Shown: positions 63,610 to 64,000 of the stretch, in pieces
Layout: each line of letters starts with the position of its first letter
How positions within the stretch are numbered: position 1 is the first letter of the stretch
Source: Tubulanus polymorphus
Lineage: Eukaryota; Animalia; Nemertea
Direction of reading: 5' to 3'
Assembly (NCBI RefSeq): GCF_964204645.1
Contig: NC_134029.1
Span: forward strand, 18,284,950-18,348,949
Length of the DNA stretch: 64,000 bases
The notes under the pieces: model-generated
Told to the model about the DNA's origin: nothing
Databases searched by the model: none
The model's input: only the letters and a program-made list of their open reading frames with translations
Program-made: the position numbers and the translations under genes

Positions 63610-64000
63610 CTGAAAAACAGACGAGAAACAATCATTTTCATAAATATTTTTTTAGCCCGGTTTCATGTGCAATCAGTCGTTGTGATACCTACAGATAATA
63701 TTAGGGCACTGGACACATAATCTACTAGCATTTATTACCCATAATAACAAGACCAACAAAATAAGGGACAGGTTATAATCAAAACAGGACAATATAATCT
63801 GCAATATGGCTCCAGAAAAAAGAGAATGTGGCACTTCCAGAAGATTTTGAGATGTAGAAACTACTGGACTCAACAAATGCTGGTATAAGGTCCCAGTGGA
63901 AGAAGAAGCTTGTCCGATTGGGAAAGAATGAAACAAAAGTTAAGTCCAAGCAGAAGAAACTGTGATACATTTACGGTGATTGAAATTGTACAACTACTTA

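Noticed and set aside
63790-63965. Degraded LINE ORF2 C-terminal fragment on the + strand
   Set aside because: Only a vague resemblance (RKKRMWHFQKILR...GRRS) with stops; not supportable without a search.

Overview
AT-rich animal genomic DNA with spliceosomal introns, SINEs and MITEs, probably from a marine invertebrate (taxon is inference). Positions 1-~45,900 contain no recognisable protein-coding gene. They are a mosaic of MITE, SINE and tandem repeats alternating with CpG-rich, enhancer-like islands. From 46,513 to beyond 64,000 the minus strand carries a 5'-truncated, multi-exon alpha-2-macroglobulin-type thioester protein gene. I reconstructed it by hand: 28 constitutive GT-AG exons plus one variable exon position give one open frame of about 1,470 aa in this window, with GCGEQ, FPETW and YTYGKPV motifs. 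Main discovery: the bait region is encoded by five tandem homologous exons (59581-59680, 58718-58826, 58431-58536, 58101-58191, 56822-56939), none of which appears in the ORF track. Each has a shared D-x-(G/S)...ETR(P/R)C 5' part, a chemically distinct variable tail, phase 0->1 and length 3n+1, which makes them a mutually exclusive exon cassette. A candidate intronic docking site at ~56,271 is complementary to selector-like sequences after two of these exons. The protein also has an extra furin site with an acidic insert, a catalytic His and a C-terminal NTR/C345C-like domain.
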